Shown: piece after piece, positions 47,562-55,279 of the stretch
How positions within the stretch are numbered: position 1 is the stretch's first letter
How the letters are laid out: the number at the start of each line of letters is the position of its first letter
Origin: an uncultured Hyphomicrobiales bacterium
Lineage (GTDB): Bacteria; Pseudomonadota; Alphaproteobacteria; Rhizobiales; Beijerinckiaceae
Assembly: GCA_903889985.1 (NCBI GenBank)
Contig: CAISZN010000319.1
Location: forward strand, 1-55,279
Direction of reading: 5' to 3'
Length of the DNA: 55,279 nucleotides
Position numbers and translations under genes: made by a program
The notes under the pieces: model-generated
Seen by the model: only the letters and a program-made list of their open reading frames with translations
What the model was told of the DNA's origin: nothing
The model's database searches: none

Positions 47562-47834
47562 CTATTTCGCCACGTATATCTTGCACCACCCTTTGGCGGC
47601 TACGGTACCTTCGACCGTCTTGCACGAACTCGGAGCAATGAAGGGTTCGCAGTTGTCACACCGTTCGTCACCCTTCGGATGATCTTGATAGGCGACATCC
47701 GCCTGTGAACGCTTTGGTTTTGCAGACGCTGCGTTTGATGAGAGCAGAGCAACACCACCAGCAACCGCAAAGCTACCAGCTTTCAAGACTGATCGCCGGG
47801 ACATGTGGCTGATGTTCAGTTCATATTTTGCCAT
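47562..47834 (-). CDS. High-potential iron-sulfur protein (HiPIP; PioC/Iro-like), Tat-exported
   Basis: SRRSVLK Tat motif; V.YQ..P, CDNC, C..V.G, GWC..Y. Confidence 0.92.
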   Translation of the reverse strand: MAKYELNISHMSRRSVLKAGSFAVAGGVALLSSNAASAKPKRSQADVAYQDHPKGDERCDNCEPFIAPSSCKTVEGTVAAKGWCKIYVAK

Positions 47835-47919
47835 GTTAATCTGTCCTTTGCTTCTCTAGGTTTTTGACTCAGTCATCCCGACCGTTGAATGACGATATTC
47901 ATCGGAATGAACCGCCGCC

Positions 47920-47933
47920 TTGACACAGGTCAG
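47920..47933. promoter_or_regulatory. FNR/FixK-like box upstream of HiPIP
   Basis: TTGAC-acag-GTCAG about 90 bp upstream of the ATG. Confidence 0.5.
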
Positions 47934-48018
47934 TAACTCTGGCGGGAGATCAGAGTTCCTTGAGCAAAACGATCCTGAAACGTGGATAACCGCGCCGCTT
48001 CCGAATAACCGGGATTAC

Positions 48019-48813
48019 CTACGGGATATCCCCGCCCAGTCTTTCAAGAATCGCGCTCGGCGGATTGTAAAACCACATTTGATACATTGAAGTCATCCAC
48101 ATGAAGGCAAAGCATCCAGCCATCAGCATTCCAGCACCAATCTCAAGCCAAGCAAAGGGATGAAAGAGCTTGATAAAATACCAGGAGCTTACGTCCAGAA
48201 CGACGGCTCCAAAGGGTATCGTAATGACAAAACATTTCAGCCAGACAGGCCTGACATAAGCATGGGTGAAGATAAACCCCATGATGAAAAAGATGAACGT
48301 CAGACCAAATAGGTGGATATGAGAAACGCGAACCAGCGTCGCCATGGATGCGCCCGCGTCCACCGCGGTCACTTTCTGGACCCCCTCAAAATTCGATAAA
48401 TTCGGCAAATGCGGATTGCTGCCGTTGTGGCAGGTCATGCACCGCTTGTCCAAGATAGATCTGATTGCTGGATCGAAACCAGTCTGCGCAGCGCCATCTC
48501 TTACCCAGGAAAGCACTGCAGTCCTCTCCTCTGGAGGAAGCATGGAAGCCATGGGGCCGTTTAAGGCGCTCTCGATGATCGAGCCCTTACCGGTACCTGA
48601 ATAAGCAACAACAATATCTTCGTAAGACAACATCAGGGGATTACCCCCAGCCCGGCCCGCATAGGTAAAATATACGTTCAGCAACGCGAAGAGATATCCC
48701 ATTCCAAGTATCAGCAAAACGCAAGTGAACAGGACCCGCTGGCTGTAGGGCAATTCAGCATAATGATGAAACATCTTATGAGGTGGAAGTCTGTCTTGCA
48801 TGAGGAGGCCCAT
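48019..48813 (-). CDS. Uncharacterised 4-TM inner-membrane protein with one c-type heme motif and an intramembrane HxH
   Basis: TM1, then a soluble loop with GPMASM and CMTCH, then RVSHIHLFG and three more hydrophobic helices. Confidence 0.75.
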   Translation of the reverse strand: MGLLMQDRLPPHKMFHHYAELPYSQRVLFTCVLLILGMGYLFALLNVYFTYAGRAGGNPLMLSYEDIVVAYSGTGKGSIIESALNGPMASMLPPEERTAVLSWVRDGAAQTGFDPAIRSILDKRCMTCHNGSNPHLPNLSNFEGVQKVTAVDAGASMATLVRVSHIHLFGLTFIFFIMGFIFTHAYVRPVWLKCFVITIPFGAVVLDVSSWYFIKLFHPFAWLEIGAGMLMAGCFAFMWMTSMYQMWFYNPPSAILERLGGDIP

Positions 48814-49052
48814 TCCTTGCTGAGTTTAACTTCGACTAATCGCGTTTCAGAATGGCATAACAAAAGCTGGGCTTCAGACCCGACAAAACCATTGCCACTC
48901 GGAAACCGTTTAGCTCATTACTGGTCCTACAACCTTGACTGAGCTTCATTGCCAACATCTCATGCTTTGGTACCTATATCATTCAGCCCCTGTTGCGGCT
49001 TCATTTCTAAAAGCAACTCTTCACAGTTGACTGCCTGAACCTTGTCAGCGCT

Positions 49053-50294
49053 TCACTTGCTGGGCACGGTGACATAAACCACAGACTTCGCCTTTTGATA
49101 GGCGTAATAAGACGCAATTCCGCTGACGTCGTCGTCTGTCAACAAAGCTGACATCGCACTCATCTCCCTGCTCTGGCGCTTACCGGATTGATAATCATGC
49201 AGCACCTTCGCGAGGTAATCGAGACGCTGTGAAGCCAAGGCCGGGACGTTTGGACGGGTACTGTTTCCACCGGCTCCATGGCAACGATCACATTTGTCTG
49301 CCCATTCGTCAGGCGCCATAGGCTTCACGATGCCAGTCGGCTTGGGAGTCAAACTCGAGTAATAGGCAACGAGATTTGCCATATCCTCATCCTCAAGCTT
49401 TTTAGCCCTCGGAGACATCACATCGTCATCTCGACTCCCATCCTTGTAGCTCTGGAGTGCCTTGAGCATATAGGCATTGTCCTGCCCGCTGAGGCTGGGT
49501 GTCGCCGGGCTTGTCCCCACACCGTCTTCGCCGTGACATTTGACGCAACGTGAAAGGCTCTCCTTGCTCACTGTCGTGTTACCAACGTTCTCCGTCTGCG
49601 CACGGGTCAGGTTCTCACTCTTCAGAGCGTAATAGAGAGCAATCCGTCCCAGGTCTTTCTCGCTCAACCCATCCAATGCCGTCTTCATCTTCTCGTTCTT
49701 GGCATCGAGCTTACGATCCTCGCCACCCTGATAGGCTTTCATCGTTTCAACAAGATATTTCGGATTCAGACCGACGAGGTTCGGCACACCAGGCGTTTTA
49801 CTGATCCCGCTTTCTTCGTGACATTTAACGCAAGGCTCAGCTGCGGCTTTGCCTGCGGAAACGGCATCGACAAAGGGCGGAGCCGGCGTATCGGGCAGCG
49901 TTGCAGAGTCCAGACTTGAATAATAGGCGGCAACCTTGACGATTGCGTCATCACTCAAGAACTCCACCTTTTCTATCATGTCGGCATTCGTCCGCCGACC
50001 CAGCTGGTAAGCCTTCAGTTCCAGGTAAAGATAAGAAGGCCGTTGCCCCGCCAGATTTGGAACTTCCTTCGTCTTGCTCACCCCGTCCAGACCGTGGCAC
50101 TTCGCACAGACAGCGGTTGCAAGCTGCTTACCCTCGGCGATATCTATGCCCATCGCATAGAGAGGTCGTAGCTCATCACTTGATTGTCTCGTGGTCTGAC
50201 CAGACACTGCATGAGGCGCCAGAACCACTCCCAGGAACCCAAGAATGAATATCGCACGAGAATGAGCGGCTTTGGAAACGATCGCCATGCACAT
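49053..50294 (-). CDS. Tetraheme class I (c4/c553-type) periplasmic cytochrome
   Basis: CAKCH, CVKCH, CVKCH, CDRCH, each followed by P.L.G/Q...Y and R....M. Confidence 0.9.
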   Translation of the reverse strand: MCMAIVSKAAHSRAIFILGFLGVVLAPHAVSGQTTRQSSDELRPLYAMGIDIAEGKQLATAVCAKCHGLDGVSKTKEVPNLAGQRPSYLYLELKAYQLGRRTNADMIEKVEFLSDDAIVKVAAYYSSLDSATLPDTPAPPFVDAVSAGKAAAEPCVKCHEESGISKTPGVPNLVGLNPKYLVETMKAYQGGEDRKLDAKNEKMKTALDGLSEKDLGRIALYYALKSENLTRAQTENVGNTTVSKESLSRCVKCHGEDGVGTSPATPSLSGQDNAYMLKALQSYKDGSRDDDVMSPRAKKLEDEDMANLVAYYSSLTPKPTGIVKPMAPDEWADKCDRCHGAGGNSTRPNVPALASQRLDYLAKVLHDYQSGKRQSREMSAMSALLTDDDVSGIASYYAYQKAKSVVYVTVPSK

Positions 50295-50305
50295 GACCTA
50301 CTATG

Positions 50306-50575
50306 CTATCGATGAAGCGAATTAGCGGTGAGCGTCTTATTCCTTTGCATCGTTCTTGGATGCAGACGGCTTAGCCGGCTTTTGCGGCTTGGGGGGCAAC
50401 ACCGGCGTGGGGCAGGCGCGGAAATAGTTGTCGTAGGTCCAGTCGCAAGATACTGCCCAGGTCGGGAAATATAATTCGGAAAATCAGGCGTTCCGAAATC
50501 CACTTCTGCGAAGGCTGCGCTTGAAGTGAAGCAGGAAAGACCAAATATTGCGCCGGTCACCAATCTGAACATCAT
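50306..50575 (-). CDS. Small hypothetical secreted protein
   Basis: GGAG SD; signal peptide ending AFA; co-oriented between the porin and c4 genes. Confidence 0.5.
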   Translation of the reverse strand: MMFRLVTGAIFGLSCFTSSAAFAEVDFGTPDFPNYISRPGQYLATGPTTTISAPAPRRCCPPSRKSRLSRLHPRTMQRNKTLTANSLHR

Positions 50576-50655
50576 TTAGGCACTCCTGATCATGCCGATC
50601 ACAGCTGACGTTTAGGTAAGCTCACGCATATGACGTGCTGCGTTCATCACCCGCG

Positions 50656-53343
50656 TTACCACTTGAGAACCAAGTTAGTCATCACCGCCTCGGCACGGTA
50701 GTTCGGGTTATTGCCAGCCATAAAGATCATGCTCTTCATCGCCGTCGTACTCGAATTCAACGTCGAGAACATATAGGCAGTCTGAGCGCTGGACTGCCAG
50801 TTCGTGACGCTATTCTGCTCGTAATTGAGTTTCAGAGAGAGAAACCCTTCACTGAATCCGGCCTGGCGTATCAAGCTATCGTCAATCTTATAGGTGAACT
50901 TCAGATCGACATGATCGAACTTGTTACCCATCGGCGGATAGGCCGGGTTGCCAGGGCTAACCACGCCGCAGTTCGCAGCAGACGCGGTCGCCGCAATCTG
51001 CTCAACGCATCCCGGCATTGGGCCTGTCGCCCATTTATCCGTCCCGAGTTCGTGCGTCGCGCTCAGCTTTACCGTGAGTTTATCCGGTATCGCCTGCCAT
51101 GTCGCTCCGACCATGAACGTATGCACATAATCAGACATGTTGCTGTAATAGACCTGCGCCAGATTGGTCGATTGGTCTGCCAGCAGCTTTTCCCGACCGC
51201 TAGAATACATATAGGCGCCCATCACCTGCAAATTCGGATTTATGGTCCAATTTGCCTCGGTCCCAGCTGTCCAGCTATGGTCACTCGTAACACCTTGTTG
51301 ATAGGGACTGCCTGTCCGATTCAAAATGTTCTGATCAACAGGGTAATTGTCCCAACGCATGCTGGCAGTAGGTGTCAGCGTCAATCCTTCGACAGGTGTC
51401 TGGATGTCGAAATAGAGGCTTCCGACGTTACGATTACGGTTGGCAACGTTGAAGGCGACAAGTGCAGCGCCCTCAGCCAAACCCTGAGGTGAAAGCCCAC
51501 CACCCATCTGCGCGCCGATGTATTTCTGCCAGTCATACTCGCCATACCGGCGAACAGAATATGCATCGCTGGCCCGAATAGTCAGCCAATCCCAGGGATT
51601 CAGGTTAGCGAAGACTTTCGCTGTCCCCTCGTTTGTCTGATTCACGGCATATTGGGTATAGTCGTGTCGTTCCAGGCCGCCAAAGACGCCAACCGTAGCC
51701 CCGTGTATCGGACTCCAAGTGAGTTCGTCCGAGATATTCTGCTTGATATAGGACGAAAACAAGGTCGAATGGTTCGCGTAACTGGCAGCACCTGTCGATA
51801 TAGCAGCATCATTCAGCACCCAATTGGCGAACGTCATTGGTGGCGTATGGTTCTGATTGGAATAATAACGGTAAGTGAGCTTGTTCTTCAGGTCCGAAGT
51901 GATGTTCGAGCTCAGCACATTGTTGACCAACAGAGTGTCGATGTTGCCACTCAGGCTTGAACGAGACAACGGCGACAGAACTCCCAGGCTGGTACCCGAC
52001 GTCGCCGGGTAGGAGCCCAGAGTCGCACCTGCAGCCGATCCATTGAGCAATGAGCCTGGGTTGATCGTCATCGGCAGGAATGCCTGATTTTGCCGCATAT
52101 CATTGTAGTTGAAGGTCAGCATGTAGCGGCTGTTCTTGAACCATGGGAGGTCAACGCCAACCTGCCCCATGATGGCATTGGCACCGTTCGTCGGAGCGGT
52201 TGACATCTGTCCCATGCCATAACAATTGAAGTTAGTCGTAGCTGTTGCGACAGGGCAACCAGCTACGCTTGCCCCGACAGGGCTTCCCGGGCCTCCGAAG
52301 GGGTTTTCCGCAGTAAAAGCTGCAAACTTGTCCGTATAGACTGACAAGTTATATTTGAGCATTGCATTCCAGTTCATTCCCCATGGGGAAAGCCCGCTGT
52401 ATTCAGCGGAAATCGAAGCATCTTGTGTCACATCGTCAACGGGCATCGCCACCTGGGCCATGGCCGTCGAAGTTCCTGTGCTGAACAAAAACCCTTGCTC
52501 CTGGAGTCCCCAACGGTGGTCACTGGACAGTTGAACTTTGATGTCCCAGTGTTCATCAGGGGTCCAACGTTCATTGATCTCTTTGCGATCGTGTTGGATT
52601 CCGAGATCGATTTGATGAAGATTATTGTTGATGGTGGTCTGAACCGGCGTAACACCAGGCGCGCAGGCTACGCCACTGGATGTTACAGCGGCCCCTTGAG
52701 CCGACAACAGACATCCCTTTGGAACAAACGCCAGTGTTCCAACGGGTAGCCCGTTGGCACCGTTCAGCTGGTTTTGGACCGGGATCGTTGAATTGGCGCC
52801 AACAGAATTGGCATATGAGCCGGCTGTTATCGGCGCAGCGCTGTTGAATACGCCGTCGTGAAGCGCCTGGACCACATTTGACGGAACGGTCAGATTTGTC
52901 GTTCCGATTCCGTTGAAGATCGTTTGAGCCGTGTTGCTGCGAAGGTTAGGTACCTTATACCAACCAAACGTCAGATAATTGGTACCAGGAACGGCAACGT
53001 CGAGTTCGAGATCCTGATGGTTGGTTCCTATGTTCTTACCTAGCAACTCGGCACGTATCGCTTCATTGGCAGAACTCAGCCCAAGGTTGAAAGCATTCAG
53101 GCCAAACGGATCCGTTTGAGTCCCATATTGGTTTAACTTCGCAGCACTGTTCTTGGCCGTGCTGCCAGGCTTGTCGATGAATATCTGGGCACCGAAATCG
53201 AACATGGCGTGATCTGTCTTCCAGCCGCCCCATGTCCCGGGCGAGGCCAATATCGGAAGATCATCAGCGAAGGCCGCTCCTGTCGCCGCGGCGCAAGTGG
53301 CCAGAGCGGTGGTCGCGAACATCAAACGCATTAAGGATTTCAT
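50656..53343 (-). CDS. pioB: MtrB/PioB-family decaheme-associated outer-membrane beta-barrel
   Basis: Signal peptide; alternating beta-strand pattern; NP.Y...C-terminal W; directly downstream of the decaheme cytochrome. Confidence 0.88.
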   Translation of the reverse strand: MKSLMRLMFATTALATCAAATGAAFADDLPILASPGTWGGWKTDHAMFDFGAQIFIDKPGSTAKNSAAKLNQYGTQTDPFGLNAFNLGLSSANEAIRAELLGKNIGTNHQDLELDVAVPGTNYLTFGWYKVPNLRSNTAQTIFNGIGTTNLTVPSNVVQALHDGVFNSAAPITAGSYANSVGANSTIPVQNQLNGANGLPVGTLAFVPKGCLLSAQGAAVTSSGVACAPGVTPVQTTINNNLHQIDLGIQHDRKEINERWTPDEHWDIKVQLSSDHRWGLQEQGFLFSTGTSTAMAQVAMPVDDVTQDASISAEYSGLSPWGMNWNAMLKYNLSVYTDKFAAFTAENPFGGPGSPVGASVAGCPVATATTNFNCYGMGQMSTAPTNGANAIMGQVGVDLPWFKNSRYMLTFNYNDMRQNQAFLPMTINPGSLLNGSAAGATLGSYPATSGTSLGVLSPLSRSSLSGNIDTLLVNNVLSSNITSDLKNKLTYRYYSNQNHTPPMTFANWVLNDAAISTGAASYANHSTLFSSYIKQNISDELTWSPIHGATVGVFGGLERHDYTQYAVNQTNEGTAKVFANLNPWDWLTIRASDAYSVRRYGEYDWQKYIGAQMGGGLSPQGLAEGAALVAFNVANRNRNVGSLYFDIQTPVEGLTLTPTASMRWDNYPVDQNILNRTGSPYQQGVTSDHSWTAGTEANWTINPNLQVMGAYMYSSGREKLLADQSTNLAQVYYSNMSDYVHTFMVGATWQAIPDKLTVKLSATHELGTDKWATGPMPGCVEQIAATASAANCGVVSPGNPAYPPMGNKFDHVDLKFTYKIDDSLIRQAGFSEGFLSLKLNYEQNSVTNWQSSAQTAYMFSTLNSSTTAMKSMIFMAGNNPNYRAEAVMTNLVLKW

Positions 53344-53449
53344 TTCCGTCGCCCCCACGTTGGCAACACATCAGTCAAATCGAACCTAGTGTTGCCAATC
53401 GCCGTTTGGATTTCTCGACTATTCGGTTTTGCTTTCGACCTGCTCCCGA

Positions 53450-54931
53450 TTACCTCTGGAACAAAGCGCCTGCTGGTGAATTCGACCCATGAATTTTGGT
53501 ATGACAGTTCTGGCACGATCGATTGATCGCCTGAACGGTGGTCGGATTACCTGGAGTGCCATGACCAAGGCCGCCGGAATGACACTGCGTGCAAAGCCTA
53601 GGTCGCTGGACCTTCAGCATGAATTCATTGCTGGTCCCGTGCGGATCGTGGCAGTTCAGGCAAGTGTCTCGCACCGGCTCGTGTTCCCATAGGAACGGCC
53701 CCCGCTTGTCAGCATGGCACTTGTAGCAAGTCTCGTTAACTGAAGCTTCTCGCAATAACTTGTCGGTCGCACTTCCATGAGGATTGTGGCAGGACGAACA
53801 AGTCATGTCCCCTGATCCCAGAGGCATATGTGAGGAGCGTGCAAGCTGTGCTCGCCGATCCTTGTGACATTGGAAGCAGGTTTCTAGTTCTGTGCTCTTG
53901 ATAAGCTGGTTCTTGACCGACACTTTTTCCATGATCTCATGGCAATTGGTGCAGGCCAATCCTCTCGTATCATGTACGCCGCCGGCCCAATAATGCCGAT
54001 CCCCCTTTTCATGGCAGGTCAGGCAAATGGCATTGCGCTCTTCAACAGGCCGCGGCGAGTCCTTGCGAAACGAGATGATGTCTCCTGCCGCTCCGTTATC
54101 GCCCTCTTTCGCCTTGACGTGCAGCGATGCCGGTCCATGACATGCCTCGCAACCTTCGGTCTCCTTCGCATTTCTAGGATGCTTTAGGAAAATCTGGCCA
54201 TGCAAGGTTTGACCAAAACTGCCAAACTGATTCCGGTGACACTGAACGCAAGCCTGTGATCCGACAAAACTTGCGCCATCGGCTTCAAACTTCTTCGAAG
54301 GAGGCGCCTTGGCATGTTTGGCGGGCGCAGGCGCCACATTGGCGGCGGCGACGACAATTGGTTCGTTCCCATCAGCGAGCTGACCCGCAAAGGCCCGCAA
54401 GGTGGCAAATTCATCAGAGTCAGTCTTCGCACCGTCCTTCAAGCCGGAATGAATCGAATCAGCGGGCGCCTCACCGAGCGCAGCCGTGGGCCTCCCCGTT
54501 ACCTTCGCATGTACCGCGTCATCAGGTGCCGCGCCAGACTGTGAGCCCTCACCGTCGGCCTCAACAAAGTCTCGCAGGATCGAATAAGCATCAGGTGCAG
54601 TGCGCACTCCAGTCTCGACGGCACCGTTAGCCGCGACCTGAAGCACGAACCCCTTGATCGAGTCCGAGGGACTGTCAGTACGCTGAATGAAATTCGCAAG
54701 CACGGCATAGTCGTCGGAAAGCGTCGCTGACTGCAAGGGCGCACTCCCGCCCAGAGCCCTGCCATCATTGATGTAATTCTGAAAATCAGTGAACGTACCG
54801 ATCGTTGATGAAGGGTCAGGAAAGCTCGGCGCCGCCCAGGCCGACTGCGATATCAACAAGGCTCCCGCCGCTAACATGCGGGTTGTTGTGTCCAGCACAG
54901 AAACGGCTGCCTTCAATAGTCTCTGGCTCAT
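53450..54931 (-). CDS. pioA: DmsE/MtrA/PioA-family decaheme c-type cytochrome with a long heme-free N-terminal extension
   Basis: Ten CxxCH motifs (CVQCH, CEACH, CLTCH, CTNCH, CFQCH, CSSCH, CYKCH, CLNCH, CTQCH, CQNCH); GPFLWEH.PV; IHGSNSP.G..FQR. Confidence 0.93.
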   Translation of the reverse strand: MSQRLLKAAVSVLDTTTRMLAAGALLISQSAWAAPSFPDPSSTIGTFTDFQNYINDGRALGGSAPLQSATLSDDYAVLANFIQRTDSPSDSIKGFVLQVAANGAVETGVRTAPDAYSILRDFVEADGEGSQSGAAPDDAVHAKVTGRPTAALGEAPADSIHSGLKDGAKTDSDEFATLRAFAGQLADGNEPIVVAAANVAPAPAKHAKAPPSKKFEADGASFVGSQACVQCHRNQFGSFGQTLHGQIFLKHPRNAKETEGCEACHGPASLHVKAKEGDNGAAGDIISFRKDSPRPVEERNAICLTCHEKGDRHYWAGGVHDTRGLACTNCHEIMEKVSVKNQLIKSTELETCFQCHKDRRAQLARSSHMPLGSGDMTCSSCHNPHGSATDKLLREASVNETCYKCHADKRGPFLWEHEPVRDTCLNCHDPHGTSNEFMLKVQRPRLCTQCHSGGLGHGTPGNPTTVQAINRSCQNCHTKIHGSNSPAGALFQR

Positions 54932-55147
54932 GCGGGCCTGACGCCGAGGCCTGGATTTCTCAACTAATAATGTGTCCAGCGCTCACTGATATTTGCCGCT
55001 CATACCTTGCCCCATATCGAATTTTCCCGCCGACGACAGAGCCCTGAAATACCTCAACGCACACACCTTAAACGTTGCGAACCATGCAATCTGCACGACT
55101 CCGCCAACATCTTATATATCTTATCCGGCAATCTGGCGATTTGCTGA

Positions 55148-55161
55148 TTGATATAGATCAA
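55148..55161. promoter_or_regulatory. Perfect FNR/FixK box upstream of pioA
   Basis: TTGAT-atag-ATCAA; the palindrome extends to GATTGAT-N4-ATCAATC. Confidence 0.85.
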
Positions 55162-55279
55162 TCGATTGGATATCGTTCTATTGCTGGGCTTTGTGCCTGA
55201 ATTTGGCGCCTTTTTTGTGCCTATCCTTTTCGCAAATAGACGCTCTTAGTCATACCTTTTGATTGCGTTTTATTGGATC

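Noticed and set aside
50656-54931. Interpreting the locus as a Shewanella-type Fe(III)-reducing MtrCAB or DMSO-reducing DmsEF
   Set aside because: No mtrC/omcA or dmsAB in the window; the N-terminal extension, HiPIP and FixK box fit Pio better, though the direction of electron flow is unproven
1-55279. CRISPR arrays, tRNA/rRNA, IS elements, integrases, prophage genes
   Set aside because: No spaced direct repeats, RNA gene signatures or mobility motifs were seen by eye; small RNAs could have been missed

Overview
Chromosomal window from an alphaproteobacterium, probably Hyphomicrobiales (inferred from gene content). No rRNA, tRNA, CRISPR array, transposase or integrase was recognised. Contents in order: (1) 1-8.5 kb, an uncharacterised catabolic cluster (CoxM-like FAD subunit, luciferase-like monooxygenase, two Bug/TctC binding proteins, a coupled cupin pair, Gfo/Idh/MocA oxidoreductase, amidohydrolase). 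(2) pstSCAB-phoU-phoB with a Pho box but no phoR, next to a divergent orphan gene plus a CesT-type type III secretion chaperone. (3) A Tat-exported IorAB-like molybdoenzyme, a HerA-like ATPase, a CoA ligase, a LeuCD-like hydratase/ICL-family lyase/Bug/MFS/HCCA-isomerase operon, and ygiQ. (4) 31.9-41.4 kb, a phosphate-starvation island: two paralogous secreted purple-acid-phosphatase-type enzymes flanking a MauG/BthA-like diheme peroxidase, then a lipid-remodelling set (Pgt-like GT21, PlcP, Agt-like GT4, btaAB), with Pho-box-like sites upstream of each unit. (5) A DUF35-thiolase pair, a secreted heme-c beta-propeller protein, a VOC protein and another Bug protein. (6) 47.5-55.3 kb, a PioAB/MtoAB-type decaheme-porin electron conduit under a perfect FNR/FixK box, extended by a tetraheme c4-type cytochrome, an uncharacterised 4-TM heme protein and a HiPIP. 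The strongest candidates for undescribed systems are the extended Pio-like conduit, the phosphatase-peroxidase-phosphatase module, and the orphan effector-chaperone pair. All calls come from reading motifs by eye; no database searches were run.
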